Positions 24,146 through 25,668 of a stretch of DNA of 25,668 nt are shown here, one piece after another (within the stretch, counting starts at the first letter, position 1; every line of letters begins with the position of its first letter). The stretch is from a virus (Duplodnaviria; Caudoviricetes). Below the pieces are notes generated by a model. That model saw only the letters and a program-made list of their open reading frames with translations, did not search any database and was not told where the DNA came from. The stretch is taken from the IMG/VR virus record IMGVR_UViG_3300025416_000037, positions 1 to 25,668 of that record; one strand, written 5' to 3'. The translations under genes and the position numbers were made by a program.

Positions 24146-25668
24146 CTACATACGCGGATACTTGAGCTTTTTAAACCGTTCGAGGCTCATTCCTTCATAT
24201 CTACGGCACAAAGAATCAAGTGAGATCTGCTGAATGTCATAACTACCATTGTGTACACCGTGTTTGACCACAATACCTCTAAAGTGGGCATTGCCTTGTG
24301 GCCCCTTGTAGTTTTCATCATGCAGGTAACAATTATGATGAGCGTAACCCTCAACAATCATAGTTTTAGCATCGATATCAATTCTCATGATAGTTTGAAC
24401 GCCAGCTGATTTGATTGAGACAACCTTAGGCGCATTTTTTTTAGATATAGTCATAGTGCCAAGATCTTCTGGCTTAAATTTTGGCAGTAACCTAACAGGT
24501 CTAAGTTCACCCAATGCCTTGGCAATTTTTACAAGACCGCCCTTTAATCGTAAAGACACGACTCCACGATTGTTCAAGTCACTCGTTGTATTAATCCCAT
24601 ATTTATCTAAAAGAATGCATCTAATTTTATCAAGAACATAACCTGGTTTTTGGGCAATCGTCAGCTGACCAACAACGCCGCCAGTTGTTTCTCTCTTATA
24701 ACAACAGCCTTCACCATCAAGAATACCAGCAAGGTACCCGCCATCATAGGACTTATCTTCTTCCCAATAGTCAAGCGGTTTTGCCATCTTTGTACCAACT
24801 CTTAAAGAATTAGTTGTTCTCCATTGGTAGGCAGCACCTTCTTTTACAGAAGTTTGGCCACCGCATCGGGTAAGCCATAAGTGATCAGCAGTTGCTTTGA
24901 ATGTTTTACCATCATCCATAGTAACTTCAAAGACTTCTTGCTCTTCTGGCTTAAGGGCAAGAACTGTTCCTGTCTTAAATCTACGCGATCTTTTATCAGT
25001 AACATGTTCATCGAAGCTAACCAATTGATCACCGACTTGCAAATCACCGATTGGTATGTACCGCAAGTCAGCAGTAAGGACTTTATGATCTAATGTTAAA
25101 CAAGCACCGGCTACAAGACCGTGCTGTGAGAATGCATCGTTATCATCTCTACCACCATTGACATAACGCATACCATAAAGGAACGTTTGTTGATGACCCA
25201 TAGTGAATGAATGGCCAATGTTCTTCAAACGAGCATCGATCGTTCCACCATATGGGTTGCCTGTCATAGGGTTATAGAAGAAATGGCTATAGGCCACTCC
25301 ATCGAGCCACAGGATCTGCTTGAATGGCTTTACTCTCCAGCCACTACGTTCGTAATCGAGATCATCGACGCTAAACAATCCATCAATCTGTGCATCCATT
25401 TCTGTAGCACGTGTGATACGATCTTCGTGGTTGCCAAGCAGAATGTGTCGCTCTGGGTTCCAGATAGCATGTTTGCTTTTACGCTTAGCATCATTGTAAT
25501 CGTAAAGCGGTTGATTAAGAATATGCCAGTGTTCATTAGCAGCCTCAATATCTGCTTTCACTCGGCGGCCTTCCATGCTTTTCTTCCCTTTGTCATACAA
25601 GGAAAGTGCAGGCATATCAGCGTGATCCCCAAGGTGAATGATCTTCACATCTTGGTTGTGAAATTCTT
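24146..25668 (-). CDS. Calcineurin-like metallophosphoesterase containing an intein (5'-truncated by window edge)
   Basis: HLGDHADM, LGNHE, YSH and MGHQQ motifs. The frame stays open past the GTG at 25648 to the window end (..EFHNQDVKIIHLGD), so the real start and first metal-binding motif are outside the window. Confidence 0.88.
   Translation of the reverse strand, partial: EFHNQDVKIIHLGDHADMPALSLYDKGKKSMEGRRVKADIEAANEHWHILNQPLYDYNDAKRKSKHAIWNPERHILLGNHEDRITRATEMDAQIDGLFSVDDLDYERSGWRVKPFKQILWLDGVAYSHFFYNPMTGNPYGGTIDARLKNIGHSFTMGHQQTFLYGMRYVNGGRDDNDAFSQHGLVAGACLTLDHKVLTADLRYIPIGDLQVGDQLVSFDEHVTDKRSRRFKTGTVLALKPEEQEVFEVTMDDGKTFKATADHLWLTRCGGQTSVKEGAAYQWRTTNSLRVGTKMAKPLDYWEEDKSYDGGYLAGILDGEGCCYKRETTGGVVGQLTIAQKPGYVLDKIRCILLDKYGINTTSDLNNRGVVSLRLKGGLVKIAKALGELRPVRLLPKFKPEDLGTMTISKKNAPKVVSIKSAGVQTIMRIDIDAKTMIVEGYAHHNCYLHDENYKGPQGNAHFRGIVVKHGVHNGSYDIQQISLDSLCRRYEGMSLERFKKLKYPRM
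24332..25102 (-). mobile_element. Intein (257 aa) with a LAGLIDADG-type endonuclease motif
   Basis: Block A CLTLDHKVLTAD, block B ATADHLWL, LAGILDGEG motif, and terminal IVEGYAHHN followed by Cys+1. Removing it restores GLVAGA-CYLHDENYKGPQGN. Confidence 0.93.

Larger units (their letters stand above)
1..25668 (-). mobile_element. Bacteriophage genome segment (large tailed phage, cluster C/Bxz1-like head module, probable actinobacterial host)
   Basis: Portal, protease, scaffold, decoration and capsid genes occur in canonical order. Genes are dense, co-oriented and often overlap, with interspersed tRNAs and an intein. No host housekeeping genes are present. The family relationship is from recall, not a search. 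Confidence 0.9.

Noticed and set aside
1574-25093. Numerous other plus-strand and alternative-frame ORFs in the track
   Set aside because: Nearly all lie within or opposite well-supported minus-strand genes, and I saw no recognisable motifs in them.
25646-25648. GTG start for the metallophosphoesterase given in the ORF track
   Set aside because: The frame is open to the window edge and the first metal-binding motif is missing, so the true start lies outside the window.
1-25668. Stop-codon reassignment
   Set aside because: Long genes are intact in the standard code. TAA, TAG and TGA all end genes at tight junctions, and there is no suppressor tRNA.

Overview
This window is a segment of a tailed dsDNA phage genome, and every credible gene lies on the minus strand. 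From my own recall of the sequences, the capsid, decoration and portal proteins resemble those of large actinobacterial myoviruses (mycobacteriophage cluster C/Bxz1-like); this needs a database search to confirm. In transcription order (high to low coordinates) it holds: an intein-containing metallophosphoesterase; an acidic unknown protein; a permuted NlpC/P60 peptidase; a small leaderless gene; a holin-like gene; and tRNA-Asp. Next comes a four-gene sugar cassette (CDP-tyvelose-2-epimerase-like SDR, a plant-type GT75/RGP UDP-arabinopyranose-mutase homologue, a GT-A-like protein and a DUF3431-like protein), then tRNA-Asn, a small ribbon-helix-helix gene, tRNA-Gln and an atypical tRNA-Ile(UAU). 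A ~9 kb block of zinc-ribbon-rich unknown proteins follows. The head module closes the window: portal, two membrane proteins, prohead protease, a Zn-finger protein, scaffold-like protein, decoration protein and major capsid protein (truncated by the window edge). The best candidates for undescribed biology are the tRNA-bounded GT75 furanose-sugar cassette and the CxxCxGxG-rich block whose proteins share an N-terminal motif.
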